From positions 1 through 35,155 of the forward strand of contig WFTF01000030.1 of assembly GCA_015485575.1 (NCBI GenBank): DNA of 35,155 nucleotides, written 5' to 3'. The position numbers and the translations under genes were made by a program. The first letter of the stretch is position 1. Every line of letters begins with the position of its first letter. Positions 1 through 8,721 of the stretch are shown here, piece by piece. Origin of the DNA: Patescibacteria group bacterium. GTDB taxonomy: Bacteria; Patescibacteriota; Minisyncoccia; Phycocordibacterales; UBA918. Under the pieces are notes generated by a model. It was not told where the DNA came from. It made no database searches and saw only the letters and a program-made list of their open reading frames with translations.

Positions 1-1704
1 TCAGGGTACCTGTTCTCCGTGGCAGCTACATTTTTGCCCGCGATTGAGGTTGAGTTTTATCTGGAAATATCAACGCTTATTTGGGTGTTACTTTTTGGTC
101 ACTACTTGGAAGCAAAGTCCGGAGCGGCAGCTGGTAATGCGCTGGAAGAAGTGGCAAAACTGCTACCCAAAAAGGCACATAAGATAGTAGAGGGTGTGGA
201 AACTGACGTTGCGGTAGAAAACCTCCAAGAGGGCGATCAGGTGTTGGTGAAGCCGGGGGAGAAAATCCCCGCTGATGGGCGTATTGTTGCCGGAACGGCA
301 AATGTGGACGAAGCGCTTATCAGTGGAGAGTCAAAACCGATACAAAAGCAGGAAGGAGATGACGTGGTTGCGGGCTCCATTTGTCTGGATGGGTCGCTTA
401 CCGTACAACTTTCAAGAGTGGGAGAGCATTCCACCATCGGTCAGATTCAGCAACTTATTACGCAAGCACAGCAAACGAAGCCGAATTCACAACGAATTGC
501 CGATAAGGCATCCGCGGTATTGACAGTCGTTGCAGGTGTGACTGCGCTGTTGACCATTCTGGTATGGTCGGTGCTGCTGGGGCAACCGTTTATATTTGCG
601 CTCACCCTTGCCATTACGGTATTAGTTATTGCTTGTCCGCATGCGCTGGGGCTTGCAATCCCTACGGTAACTACCATTACGACATCACTTGCTGTGAAAA
701 GCGGTTTTTTCATCAAGAACTTAGCAAAGATTGAAGTGATTAAAAAAGCGGACTATGTTGTGTTTGATAAAACAGGAACATTGACCACCGGAGTGTTTGG
801 TGTTTCAGATGTGGTACCAACCGGAGGTATGAATGAAGAGGAGGTGTTGCGTATCGCCGCTTCCCTTGAGCAGCACTCATCACATATTATCGGCGTATCT
901 ATTGTGGAACATGCCCAACAGCAGGGGGTGACCTTAGGTGAGATTGCACAATTTAAGAACATAGCGGGTAAGGGTATACAGGCATCACTTGATGGGCAGA
1001 TCTACTTCGTGGGCAATAGCAGATTGATTGACGACGCGGGTATCGATTTTTCCGATACCGAGCATGTCTATGAGTCGTTATCGGAAAAAGGAAAAACCAC
1101 CATCTTTGTAGCAACGCAAGAGAGAGTGGTTGGATACATTGCACTGTCGGACACTATAAAGCCGGAATCGTACACGGCAATACAGCGTTTGCATGATATG
1201 GGTGTAAAAGTTGCCATGCTCACCGGAGACAATAAAGAGGTTGCGAAAGGGGTTGCGCAAGAGCTCGGTATTGATACCTACTTTGCGGAGGTACTTCCTG
1301 AAGATAAATACACTCATGTGAAGTCATTGCAAGATCAGGGCAATGTCGTCCTAATGGTGGGTGATGGTGTCAATGATGCGCCGGCACTGACACAGGCCGA
1401 CGCCGGTATCGCCATTGGTGCGGGAACAGACGTTGCGGTAGAGGCGGGGGATGTGGTGCTCACGCGTAACAATCCGGAAGATATTGTGCGATTGATTATA
1501 TTGTCAAAGAAGGTGTACACGAAGATGATACAAAACTTGGTATGGGCACTGGGATACAACATCGTGGCAATCCCCGCCGCAGCCGGTGTGTTTGCGTACT
1601 GGGGGTTCTTCTTGCGCCCTGAAATTGCAGCATTTGTCATGAGCTTATCAACGGTGATTGTGGTGGCAAATGCGATGCTCTTGAAGCGAATTAATTTGGA
1701 ATAA
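1..1704 (+). CDS. copB: Heavy-metal (copper) P1B-type ATPase, CopB-like; 5'-truncated by the window edge
   Basis: Frame is open from base 1. Motifs: SGES actuator, CPH in the metal-site helix, DKTGT, SH, MLTGD, GDGVNDAP, YN and MSLS, typical of the P1B-3 subclass. Confidence 0.88.
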   Translation, partial: SGYLFSVAATFLPAIEVEFYLEISTLIWVLLFGHYLEAKSGAAAGNALEEVAKLLPKKAHKIVEGVETDVAVENLQEGDQVLVKPGEKIPADGRIVAGTANVDEALISGESKPIQKQEGDDVVAGSICLDGSLTVQLSRVGEHSTIGQIQQLITQAQQTKPNSQRIADKASAVLTVVAGVTALLTILVWSVLLGQPFIFALTLAITVLVIACPHALGLAIPTVTTITTSLAVKSGFFIKNLAKIEVIKKADYVVFDKTGTLTTGVFGVSDVVPTGGMNEEEVLRIAASLEQHSSHIIGVSIVEHAQQQGVTLGEIAQFKNIAGKGIQASLDGQIYFVGNSRLIDDAGIDFSDTEHVYESLSEKGKTTIFVATQERVVGYIALSDTIKPESYTAIQRLHDMGVKVAMLTGDNKEVAKGVAQELGIDTYFAEVLPEDKYTHVKSLQDQGNVVLMVGDGVNDAPALTQADAGIAIGAGTDVAVEAGDVVLTRNNPEDIVRLIILSKKVYTKMIQNLVWALGYNIVAIPAAAGVFAYWGFFLRPEIAAFVMSLSTVIVVANAMLLKRINLE

Positions 1705-1710
1705 GGTGCT

Positions 1711-1881
1711 ATGAGTGATACATCTATCAGCCTGTACTTCTTTGCTCTGGCACTGGCATATCCGGTGTATATCGCTTTCATCGGCCATGCCCCCGACTTG
1801 ACCAATGTGACAATTGAGATTGGGTTTGTCGCTATCGCGGTCTTTTACCACCTCAAGTCCCGGCGGGATGGTGGTAGATAG
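1711..1881 (+). CDS. Possible small hydrophobic protein (56 aa, MSDTSISLYFFALALAYPVYIAFIGHAPDLTNVTIEIGFVAIAVFYHLKSRRDGGR) or gene remnant
   Basis: Read by hand: ATG 6 nt after the ATPase stop, two hydrophobic segments, below the ORF-track cutoff. Confidence 0.3.
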   Translation: MSDTSISLYFFALALAYPVYIAFIGHAPDLTNVTIEIGFVAIAVFYHLKSRRDGGR

Positions 1882-1913
1882 TATGGGCAGCATAGAACAA
1901 TGGTATTAGTGTA

Positions 1914-2198
1914 ATGAGTAAAAAACAACATATGAAAACCTATACATTCAAAATGGGGTTGGTGTGGGCAGGTATATCAATAGCTTTTTTCTTCCTCTGC
2001 ATGGCATGGGGTTTGCTATTGACTGATCCGACACTGCAAACACTGCATCGTAATTTGTTACAAATTGCATATCCCGGATTTAGTATGAGTATCGTGGGAG
2101 CAATCTTTGGTTTGCTTTGGGCAACAGCGTATGGATTTTTCTTCGGAGTACTATTTGTTTGGCTGATGAAGGTATGCTGTGTACATAAACACTCATGA
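1914..2198 (+). CDS. Small two-TM membrane protein, DUF5676-like
   Basis: Two TM helices, with LC in TM1, an H...PGF loop and a YG motif in TM2. Ends CCVHKHS. Confidence 0.6.
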   Translation: MSKKQHMKTYTFKMGLVWAGISIAFFFLCMAWGLLLTDPTLQTLHRNLLQIAYPGFSMSIVGAIFGLLWATAYGFFFGVLFVWLMKVCCVHKHS

Positions 2199-2205
2199 AC
2201 ATGGT

Positions 2206-3321
2206 ATGGCAGGCAGTAAAGCACTTATTGAGCTACTTATAAAAGATACCGGCATTCGCATCAACGGCAGTCGTCCGTATGATATACAGGTGCACAATGA
2301 GAGGTTTTACGATGTGGTACTGAAGCGAGGTTCTCTGGGGTTGGGAGAAACCTACATGCGCGGATGGTGGGAGTGTGAAAAGTTGGATGAGTTTTTCACA
2401 CGTTTGTTGCAGGCAAGAGTTGAAGACAAGATTAAGACCGATATGCTGCTCAGCGCAAAGCTCTTTTTGCGAGCGATTACCACCATGGGTCGGAAATTAC
2501 ATGCATTTGAGGTTGGTGAGAGACACTATGATGTTGGCAATGAGCTATACATGAAAATGCTGGATCCTCTCTTGTGTTATACCTGCGGGTATTGGAAAGA
2601 TGCGCGCACCCTAGAGGAAGCGCAACGGGCGAAGCTCGATTTAATCTGCAGAAAAATAGGACTCAAACGTGGACAGCAGGTGCTCGATATAGGTTCCGGA
2701 TGGGGCAGTTTTCTGGGGTATGCGGCACAACACTACGGGGTACGGGCAAATGGTATAACGGTTTCAAAGGAGCAAAAAGCTTTTACTGACAGACGGTATG
2801 CGCAGCTTCCGGTGGAGGTGCAGCTGCAAGATTATCGTGATGTAGAGGGAACCTATAATCATGTTGTGTCCGTGGGCATGTTTGAACATGTAGGATATCG
2901 ATACTATCGTACGTTTATGAAGACGGTACATCGAGTGTTGCAGGATGACGGACTCTTTTTGCTGCATACTATTGGAGGGAATACATCAGTGTACGGGACG
3001 GATCCCTGGATAGACAAATACATCTTTCCAAACGGCATGCTTCCTTCTGTTGCGCAGATCGGCGCTGCTACGGAAGGATTGTTTGTGATGGAAGATTGGC
3101 ACAATTTCGGTGCTGATTATGACAAAACTTTGATGGCGTGGCATGCGCAGTTTGAAGCGAGGTGGGACTCACTGAAAGATACCTATGATGAAGTATTTCA
3201 TCGTATGTGGCGATACTATCTTTTAATGTGCGCAGGATCATTCCGTGCACGGAAAAACCAATTGTGGCAAATCGTTTTTTCAAAAAGGGGAGTATCCGGC
3301 GGTTACTGCTCGGTCCGTTAG
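2206..3321 (+). CDS. cfa: Cyclopropane fatty acyl phospholipid synthase
   Basis: GLGETYMRGWW, HYDVGNELY, YTCGYW, LDIGSGWG SAM motif, SVGMFEHVG, KYIFPNG, RMWRYYL. ATG 2206 is preferred over the GTG at 2179. Confidence 0.93.
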   Translation: MAGSKALIELLIKDTGIRINGSRPYDIQVHNERFYDVVLKRGSLGLGETYMRGWWECEKLDEFFTRLLQARVEDKIKTDMLLSAKLFLRAITTMGRKLHAFEVGERHYDVGNELYMKMLDPLLCYTCGYWKDARTLEEAQRAKLDLICRKIGLKRGQQVLDIGSGWGSFLGYAAQHYGVRANGITVSKEQKAFTDRRYAQLPVEVQLQDYRDVEGTYNHVVSVGMFEHVGYRYYRTFMKTVHRVLQDDGLFLLHTIGGNTSVYGTDPWIDKYIFPNGMLPSVAQIGAATEGLFVMEDWHNFGADYDKTLMAWHAQFEARWDSLKDTYDEVFHRMWRYYLLMCAGSFRARKNQLWQIVFSKRGVSGGYCSVR

Positions 3322-3381
3322 TATGCTGTTTGCACAGGTGTCGGTTTATATGTTGGGCAATAAAGATGTATGATGAGTTGT

Positions 3382-3777
3382 ATGAAAAACAGAGTCCTCA
3401 TCGTTATCTACACCTTCGTTTTTCTGGGTGTGCTGTTTGGTAGTTTGTTACACACGGTCTTTGACGGTTCCGTTGCACATGCGGCATGTCCATTTCAGGA
3501 GGGGGAGGTTACGGTTTGTTCCATGAATGCGCTGGATCATATTGCGGTGTGGCAAAGTAATTTTCTTGCAACCATTACACCGATAGTGTCCGTGCTTGTC
3601 GCTGCAGCCGTGCTTTTGCATGCGGCGCGCATTCCGCACAGGATTCCCATAGACGCGTTACGAAAAGCAATTCTTTCAGTCTGGCTTTCCCGACTGCGTG
3701 TGCCACAGACACTCCTTTTTGCACAGTACCTGCAAGTTTTGTTTGCGAGGGGTATTCTTCACCCAAAACGCTTTTAG
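3382..3777 (+). CDS. Hypothetical membrane protein with C-x9-C/His motif and GILHPK C-terminus (candidate regulatory upstream ORF)
   Basis: N-terminal TM, CPFQEGEVTVC...DHIAVW, second hydrophobic segment. TATGAT -10 box lies 7 nt before ATG 3382. Confidence 0.7.
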   Translation: MKNRVLIVIYTFVFLGVLFGSLLHTVFDGSVAHAACPFQEGEVTVCSMNALDHIAVWQSNFLATITPIVSVLVAAAVLLHAARIPHRIPIDALRKAILSVWLSRLRVPQTLLFAQYLQVLFARGILHPKRF

Positions 3778-3850
3778 GTTGGTCAACGTATATGTGGAAC
3801 ATACGTACTGCATATACCAGATATTAACCGTATAAAATACAAAACAGATC

Positions 3851-4708
3851 ATGAATAAAATAATAAGCAGCACCCTTTTTGCTGGAGTGTTGCTGCTGGC
3901 GGGTGGTGGCTTTTACTACTTGCAGACGCAAAAACCCCTGCCGGACAGTGTGACAGAGGTGCCCGAACATGCCGATGCGCTTGCAGTAAATGAATTGAGC
4001 CCGGCACAGGTGATACAACGTATACAATCGGGTGATCCTGTTGTACTGTTGGATGTACGAACAGCGGAAGCATATGAGGTGTTACATTTGCAAGGTGCGC
4101 TCTTGCTGCCGATATCCGATATATCACAAAACACTCTCCGTGGAATCGGGTTAGGTGAGGATAAGAAAGATGTAGAGATTATTATATATGGTCGCAGTGC
4201 TACAGGTGGTCAAGCTGCATACAAGATTTTGGAAGTACTGGGCTATACAAACCTCAAAGTGCTTTCCGGTGGCATTGTGCATTGGGCAGAAGATTCGTAC
4301 CCAATGACCGAAACCGGTGCATACACGGGACCGTTGACCAACAGTCGCAACAAAGTTGAAATACAGGCGAAAGAGGGTCCGCAGATGGTGCTGAGCGACA
4401 CCTTCTATGACTTTGGAGGAGTGCCACAATATGGAGGTAGTGTACAAACAGAGTTTACCGTCACCAATGCCGGTATTGATACTTTAGTAATCGGAGATAT
4501 TACCACCAGCTGCAGTTGCACCTCCGCTTTTATTTCAGATACTTCTCTTGATTCGGGGGAACGTGCGACTCTGACGGTTATCTTTGATCCAAATGTGCAC
4601 AAAGAGCCGGAAGATGTGTTCACCCGTACCGTGTTCATACCAACAAATGATGCGGATACACCGGAAGCGGAAGTGACCATACAGGTTGATATTTTAGAGG
4701 GGGTTTAG
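3851..4708 (+). CDS. Membrane-anchored rhodanese-like domain fused to a DUF1573 (Ig-like) domain
   Basis: LLDVRT..YEVLHLQGA and LSGGIVHW rhodanese motifs. C-terminal YDFG...TTSCSCT...FDPNVH DUF1573 pattern. Confidence 0.8.
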   Translation: MNKIISSTLFAGVLLLAGGGFYYLQTQKPLPDSVTEVPEHADALAVNELSPAQVIQRIQSGDPVVLLDVRTAEAYEVLHLQGALLLPISDISQNTLRGIGLGEDKKDVEIIIYGRSATGGQAAYKILEVLGYTNLKVLSGGIVHWAEDSYPMTETGAYTGPLTNSRNKVEIQAKEGPQMVLSDTFYDFGGVPQYGGSVQTEFTVTNAGIDTLVIGDITTSCSCTSAFISDTSLDSGERATLTVIFDPNVHKEPEDVFTRTVFIPTNDADTPEAEVTIQVDILEGV

Positions 4709-4750
4709 CAATGCACGCACGTATTATTCAAAAATTAAGAAAAGAAGTGT

Positions 4751-5227
4751 ATGAATGGAAAAATAACTACGATTGTTATAGGACTTGTCTTCATCAGTGG
4801 TTTGGCTCTGCTGTTCGTTGGTTTGCTACCAAAACAGCCCGAAGTGCAGCGCATCGTAAACGCTCCACTGCAGGTTGAGCCACCAGACTACAATTTTGGC
4901 ACTATTGACATTAAGGGAGGGGATGTGCAGACTGATTTTTTAGTTATCAATGTCGGAACTGAGCCGGTGATCGTATCGCAGGGAACTACCAGTTGTGCCT
5001 GCACCTCGGCATCCTTTGACGGTGTGGATTTTGGGATGCATACAAAAATGGAACAAAGTGTTACCATAGAACCAGGTGAAAGAAAAACACTCACTGTAAC
5101 CTATGACCCCTTTTTCCATGGTCCAAACGGAACAGGGAAGGTGACACGTGAGGTTATCTTAAAAACCAATTCTGTCAGCACTCCCGAAGTGCGGGTGCGC
5201 ATAAAGGCAGACGTTATAAACAGTTAG
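4751..5227 (+). CDS. DUF1573 domain exported protein
   Basis: N-terminal TM, YNFGTI, TTSCACT, FGMH, IEPGE..LTVTYDPFFHGP. Confidence 0.8.
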   Translation: MNGKITTIVIGLVFISGLALLFVGLLPKQPEVQRIVNAPLQVEPPDYNFGTIDIKGGDVQTDFLVINVGTEPVIVSQGTTSCACTSASFDGVDFGMHTKMEQSVTIEPGERKTLTVTYDPFFHGPNGTGKVTREVILKTNSVSTPEVRVRIKADVINS

Positions 5228-5236
5228 AACAAACAT

Positions 5237-5521
5237 ATGTCAGAAGAAATACAAAATAACTCTGTAACGCAAGGGCGTGCAGATACAACAGAAACTTCCG
5301 CTCAGGCAGTGGCAGCTTCGCACCCTGCGCCGGAGAACTCACGTACACAAAACATGCTTGTGGCGATTATGGCGGTACTGGTTATTATGGCTGCGGTACA
5401 AGTGTTTCAAACACAGCAATTAATGGCGGCAGTGTCCAGCGGATCAATTAAAGCGGGTGCCACACAGCAAACACAGGGGTCCGGACTTGGTATACAAAGT
5501 CAAGTGGGAGGTTGTGGCTAA
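5237..5521 (+). CDS. Small single-TM protein with C-terminal VGGCG motif
   Basis: One TM, low-complexity linkers, terminal QVGGCG. Tightly packed in the operon. Confidence 0.7.
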   Translation: MSEEIQNNSVTQGRADTTETSAQAVAASHPAPENSRTQNMLVAIMAVLVIMAAVQVFQTQQLMAAVSSGSIKAGATQQTQGSGLGIQSQVGGCG

Positions 5522-5535
5522 TCCCTAAACAGAGC

Positions 5536-6291
5536 ATGACTATTACACTAGATTCAAAAAAATTGTTCCAGGGGCTGTTATTTGTATTGCTGGCGTTGTA
5601 TGGAGCAAATATATTTATCATTGGGAAGCTGTCAGCTGCGTTGATTGATAAACCTATTGAACTTTCGTTTGTAACCATTGCCGCTCCTGAAACAGACTGT
5701 GCGGTGTGTCCCGAACCAAAGAGGATTATAGATATCATTGATCAATCACATAACGTCACATACGACACCACCGAGTTGGATTCAAATAGTGCGCTGGGGC
5801 AGAAGTATATTGATCTGTATGGCATAGAAAATCTGCCCGCAATTATTGTATCAGGTGATATTCAAGATGAACGCATTTTAGGTTCATGGAAGTCCTTTGG
5901 TGCTCGCGTGGAAAAGGATCGTGTCATTATAGATGCGCTGGTACCGTCGTATAACTTGGTGGAAGGAAAAACGCGAGGTGTGGTGGAGGTGTTACTCTTG
6001 CGTGACTCCACTTGTGTGAGCTGCTTTGATGAAAAAGCATATCTGAATATTCTGCAACGGTTTGGGGTCGTGATAGGAAAAACAGCGGTCTACGATGTGG
6101 AATCTACTGAGGGTAAGGAGTTAGTGGAGAAGTACTCCATACAGAAAGTTCCCACCATGCTCATCTCACCTGACATAGACGCCTACCAACGAGTGATGGA
6201 CACTTGGAATCAGGTCGGTACCATAGAGTCTGATAACTGGCTTATTCTGCGAGAGGTGCAAAAGATTAGTCCCGAATACCTCACATTGTAG
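5536..6291 (+). CDS. Membrane-anchored protein with two thioredoxin-like CxxC domains
   Basis: Internal duplication: DCAVC...KYIDLYGIENLPAII and TCVSC...LVEKYSIQKVPTML (CxxC plus a cis-Pro-type motif). Confidence 0.72.
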   Translation: MTITLDSKKLFQGLLFVLLALYGANIFIIGKLSAALIDKPIELSFVTIAAPETDCAVCPEPKRIIDIIDQSHNVTYDTTELDSNSALGQKYIDLYGIENLPAIIVSGDIQDERILGSWKSFGARVEKDRVIIDALVPSYNLVEGKTRGVVEVLLLRDSTCVSCFDEKAYLNILQRFGVVIGKTAVYDVESTEGKELVEKYSIQKVPTMLISPDIDAYQRVMDTWNQVGTIESDNWLILREVQKISPEYLTL

Positions 6292-6312
6292 TTGCTAATG
6301 TATGAAAAAATT

Positions 6313-7770
6313 ATGAAAGAGGTAAAAGATATTGTACAGAATACGTTTACGCTGTTACGTACCGGGAAAAACAGTATATTGTTTCTAACGAGCCTATTTC
6401 TCTTTGGCGGTTTGCTGTCGTTTTTCTATGGGCTGTTTACCATTCCCGTACCGGGTGGAGTACTCGGGTTTTATCGTATGGAAGAACCAACCGCTTTTGA
6501 GTACGGGTATCTGGTGTTCTCAGCGGTAGTGTCAGCACTTATCGTGACCATTACCGTCCATGCAACACGTATCAAAATAGACGAGAGGGTAAAAGGGAAG
6601 GGGGCGTCCGCACTGGGGCTAACAACGGGTATATTTGGCGCGGTGTGCCCTGCATGTCTTGGTATTAACTTTCTTGCGTTTGGTAACGTATTTACCACGC
6701 AACTTGCCTTTTTGATTCCCTATATTTTTTGGATCCAGCTTGGTGGTATAGTGCTTCTTTCGGTGGGACTCTACCTGGTTGCCAAGAGTGCGTACACCAA
6801 AGAGTGCTTGGTGTGTACAGTACAGACAGGTCCGCAAAATGCAACGCCTACAGAAGGGGAGCGTACGACCACAAATATGTCCGCCATGTCCGCATCGGTA
6901 AGCCCATCTTCCGGGTTTCAAAAGTTGCTTCCCGCGGTGCTGCTCTTTGTGCTGTTTGTCTTTGTCTACCAGGTAGGCAATATGTACGCACAAAATACCG
7001 GAAATGCGAGAGGGGAGACTTCAGGAAATATCTTAACCACCGAAGATGGTCGGAAAATAGATATAGAAGAGGTGATTCAGAAAGTGACCCCCGATGAAGG
7101 ATTTCAGACGCAGGTGCGCTGGGGGGATGTGGTGCCGAAAATGATAGAAACGGGTGTACTTGATCCGCAAAAATTGGAAACGATATTGAAAAACCGCTAT
7201 GGGCAGGAGATGAAGCCTGAGTGGCGTGCGGTGCTTGCGGGAGAAGATATACCGCTGTCCATTGATAACGATAACGCGGTGTTTATGATGTACATGCTTT
7301 GGGCAATGGCAAAGCATAACCAAAATCAAATACTTGCAGATAGTCCCATTGCAAAGTATTTTGAAAACTACGATATTGGTGTGGGGCGCGCGGGATATAA
7401 TGACACTCCACTGCTGGCCTTAAATCCAGAACAGCAGGCGCTTGCAAAACGTGTCGCGGAAAACGCCTATCGCCCGTGTTGTGGAAACTCAACAGCGGTG
7501 CCTGATTGCTCACACGGATATTCCGCACTCGGGTTGGTACAGCTTATGGCATCACAAGGATTCTCAGAAGAGGAAATATTTGACACTTTTGTGAAGTTTA
7601 ACTCCTACTGGTTCCCTGAGACATATATCAAAAACGCACTCTACTTTGAGATTACGGAAGGTCTTTCGTGGGAGGACGTAGACAAAAAACTTGTTGCAGG
7701 GAAAGAGTATTCCACACTCCGAGGTTCTTATAAGGCGAAGAATTTCTTAAAACAGAACTTCGGTATTTAG
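6313..7770 (+). CDS. Polytopic membrane protein (CPAC in TM, CLVC) fused to a soluble domain carrying RPCC-x7-CSH
   Basis: About 5 TMs, GAVCPACLG, ECLVC, YRPCCGNSTAVPDCSHG. Start uncertain (6292/6298/6313). Confidence 0.75.
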   Translation: MKEVKDIVQNTFTLLRTGKNSILFLTSLFLFGGLLSFFYGLFTIPVPGGVLGFYRMEEPTAFEYGYLVFSAVVSALIVTITVHATRIKIDERVKGKGASALGLTTGIFGAVCPACLGINFLAFGNVFTTQLAFLIPYIFWIQLGGIVLLSVGLYLVAKSAYTKECLVCTVQTGPQNATPTEGERTTTNMSAMSASVSPSSGFQKLLPAVLLFVLFVFVYQVGNMYAQNTGNARGETSGNILTTEDGRKIDIEEVIQKVTPDEGFQTQVRWGDVVPKMIETGVLDPQKLETILKNRYGQEMKPEWRAVLAGEDIPLSIDNDNAVFMMYMLWAMAKHNQNQILADSPIAKYFENYDIGVGRAGYNDTPLLALNPEQQALAKRVAENAYRPCCGNSTAVPDCSHGYSALGLVQLMASQGFSEEEIFDTFVKFNSYWFPETYIKNALYFEITEGLSWEDVDKKLVAGKEYSTLRGSYKAKNFLKQNFGI

Positions 7771-7814
7771 TGTGAATGATGTAGCAATTGATTAATCGTT
7801 TATAAAATAAATCT

Positions 7815-8264
7815 ATGAAAAAACTATTTGCACTACTGTTCATGATGTTTGTAATGCCGATAGCCATAGTGTCGGCACATGGATCGGCTCCTGATACGCC
7901 TGATGCATCTGAAGCGGGTATGATGGGGGAGGGTATGATGAGTCAAGAGATGCAAGACTTGATGAAGACCTTTTTGATGAATGGGTCCCTCTCTTCAGAA
8001 GAAGCTGATCGCATGGTGGCACACATGCAAGAGATGATGAAAATGCACCAAGGCGGTGGTATGGGTATGATGGGGATGCAACAAGGTGATCAAAGAGGAT
8101 ATATGGCAGGTGGTATGATGAATAATGATCTTGCAGGCGGCATGATACCGTACTGGGTCTTTCACATAATGCTCTGGGTCACGTTGGTGGTTTGGTTGTT
8201 GGTCGGGTTGGTGTATCTTTTGCAGAGCACAATAGCAATCAAGAGAAAGCGTGTAGCAGAGTAG
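7815..8264 (+). CDS. Met/His/Gly-rich exported protein with C-terminal TM (putative Cu(I) binding)
   Basis: Signal peptide ending VSA-HG, many MM/GMM motifs, C-terminal TM and basic tail. Confidence 0.7.
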   Translation: MKKLFALLFMMFVMPIAIVSAHGSAPDTPDASEAGMMGEGMMSQEMQDLMKTFLMNGSLSSEEADRMVAHMQEMMKMHQGGGMGMMGMQQGDQRGYMAGGMMNNDLAGGMIPYWVFHIMLWVTLVVWLLVGLVYLLQSTIAIKRKRVAE

Positions 8265-8305
8265 TGACTGCTTGTATAGTGGGGTTGACTTAAAGACAAT
8301 GAGAG

Positions 8306-8345
8306 AACGTACGCATATTATCTTGTGCGTGCGTTTTACGTTTTA
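8306..8345 (+). terminator. Putative intrinsic terminator ending the copper cluster
   Basis: AACGTACGCAT/GTGCGTGCGTT stem with G-U pairs, followed by a T-rich tail. Confidence 0.5.
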
Positions 8346-8400
8346 CGTATGTGCACATAGGCAGTTCTTCTGTTTTTTGCGTTTTGTTATACTAAGGGGC

Positions 8401-8721
8401 ATGAAAAAGATTTTAAATATATTTTTTGTTGTTCTCGGTATCATTTTCTTTATAAAACTTTTAGTGATGGGTGTGATGTGGTATCTGTTTCCGTCTGATG
8501 CCACACCTCAGGAGGTGATGGATAAAAACCCGTTATTGTCTGACACGCAAGAAAAAGCGTTGGATCGGTTGGGGATTGATCCGGCAAGTATTCCAACGGA
8601 AATAACCCCCGAACAGGAACAGTGTTTTGAAGATGCTCTGGGTGCCGATCGAGTGAATGAAATTAAAGCCGGTGACGCTCCAACCGCTACCGATTTCTTT
8701 AAGGCAAAAAGCTGTATCTAG
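8401..8721 (+). CDS. Hypothetical single-TM protein
   Basis: MKKILNIFF start with TGTTATACT extended -10 7 nt upstream. Two Cys in the C-terminal domain. Confidence 0.7.
   Translation: MKKILNIFFVVLGIIFFIKLLVMGVMWYLFPSDATPQEVMDKNPLLSDTQEKALDRLGIDPASIPTEITPEQEQCFEDALGADRVNEIKAGDAPTATDFFKAKSCI

Noticed and set aside
7900-8150. ATG/GGT-rich quasi-repeats
   Set aside because: Explained by the Met/Gly-rich protein; no regular DNA repeat unit.
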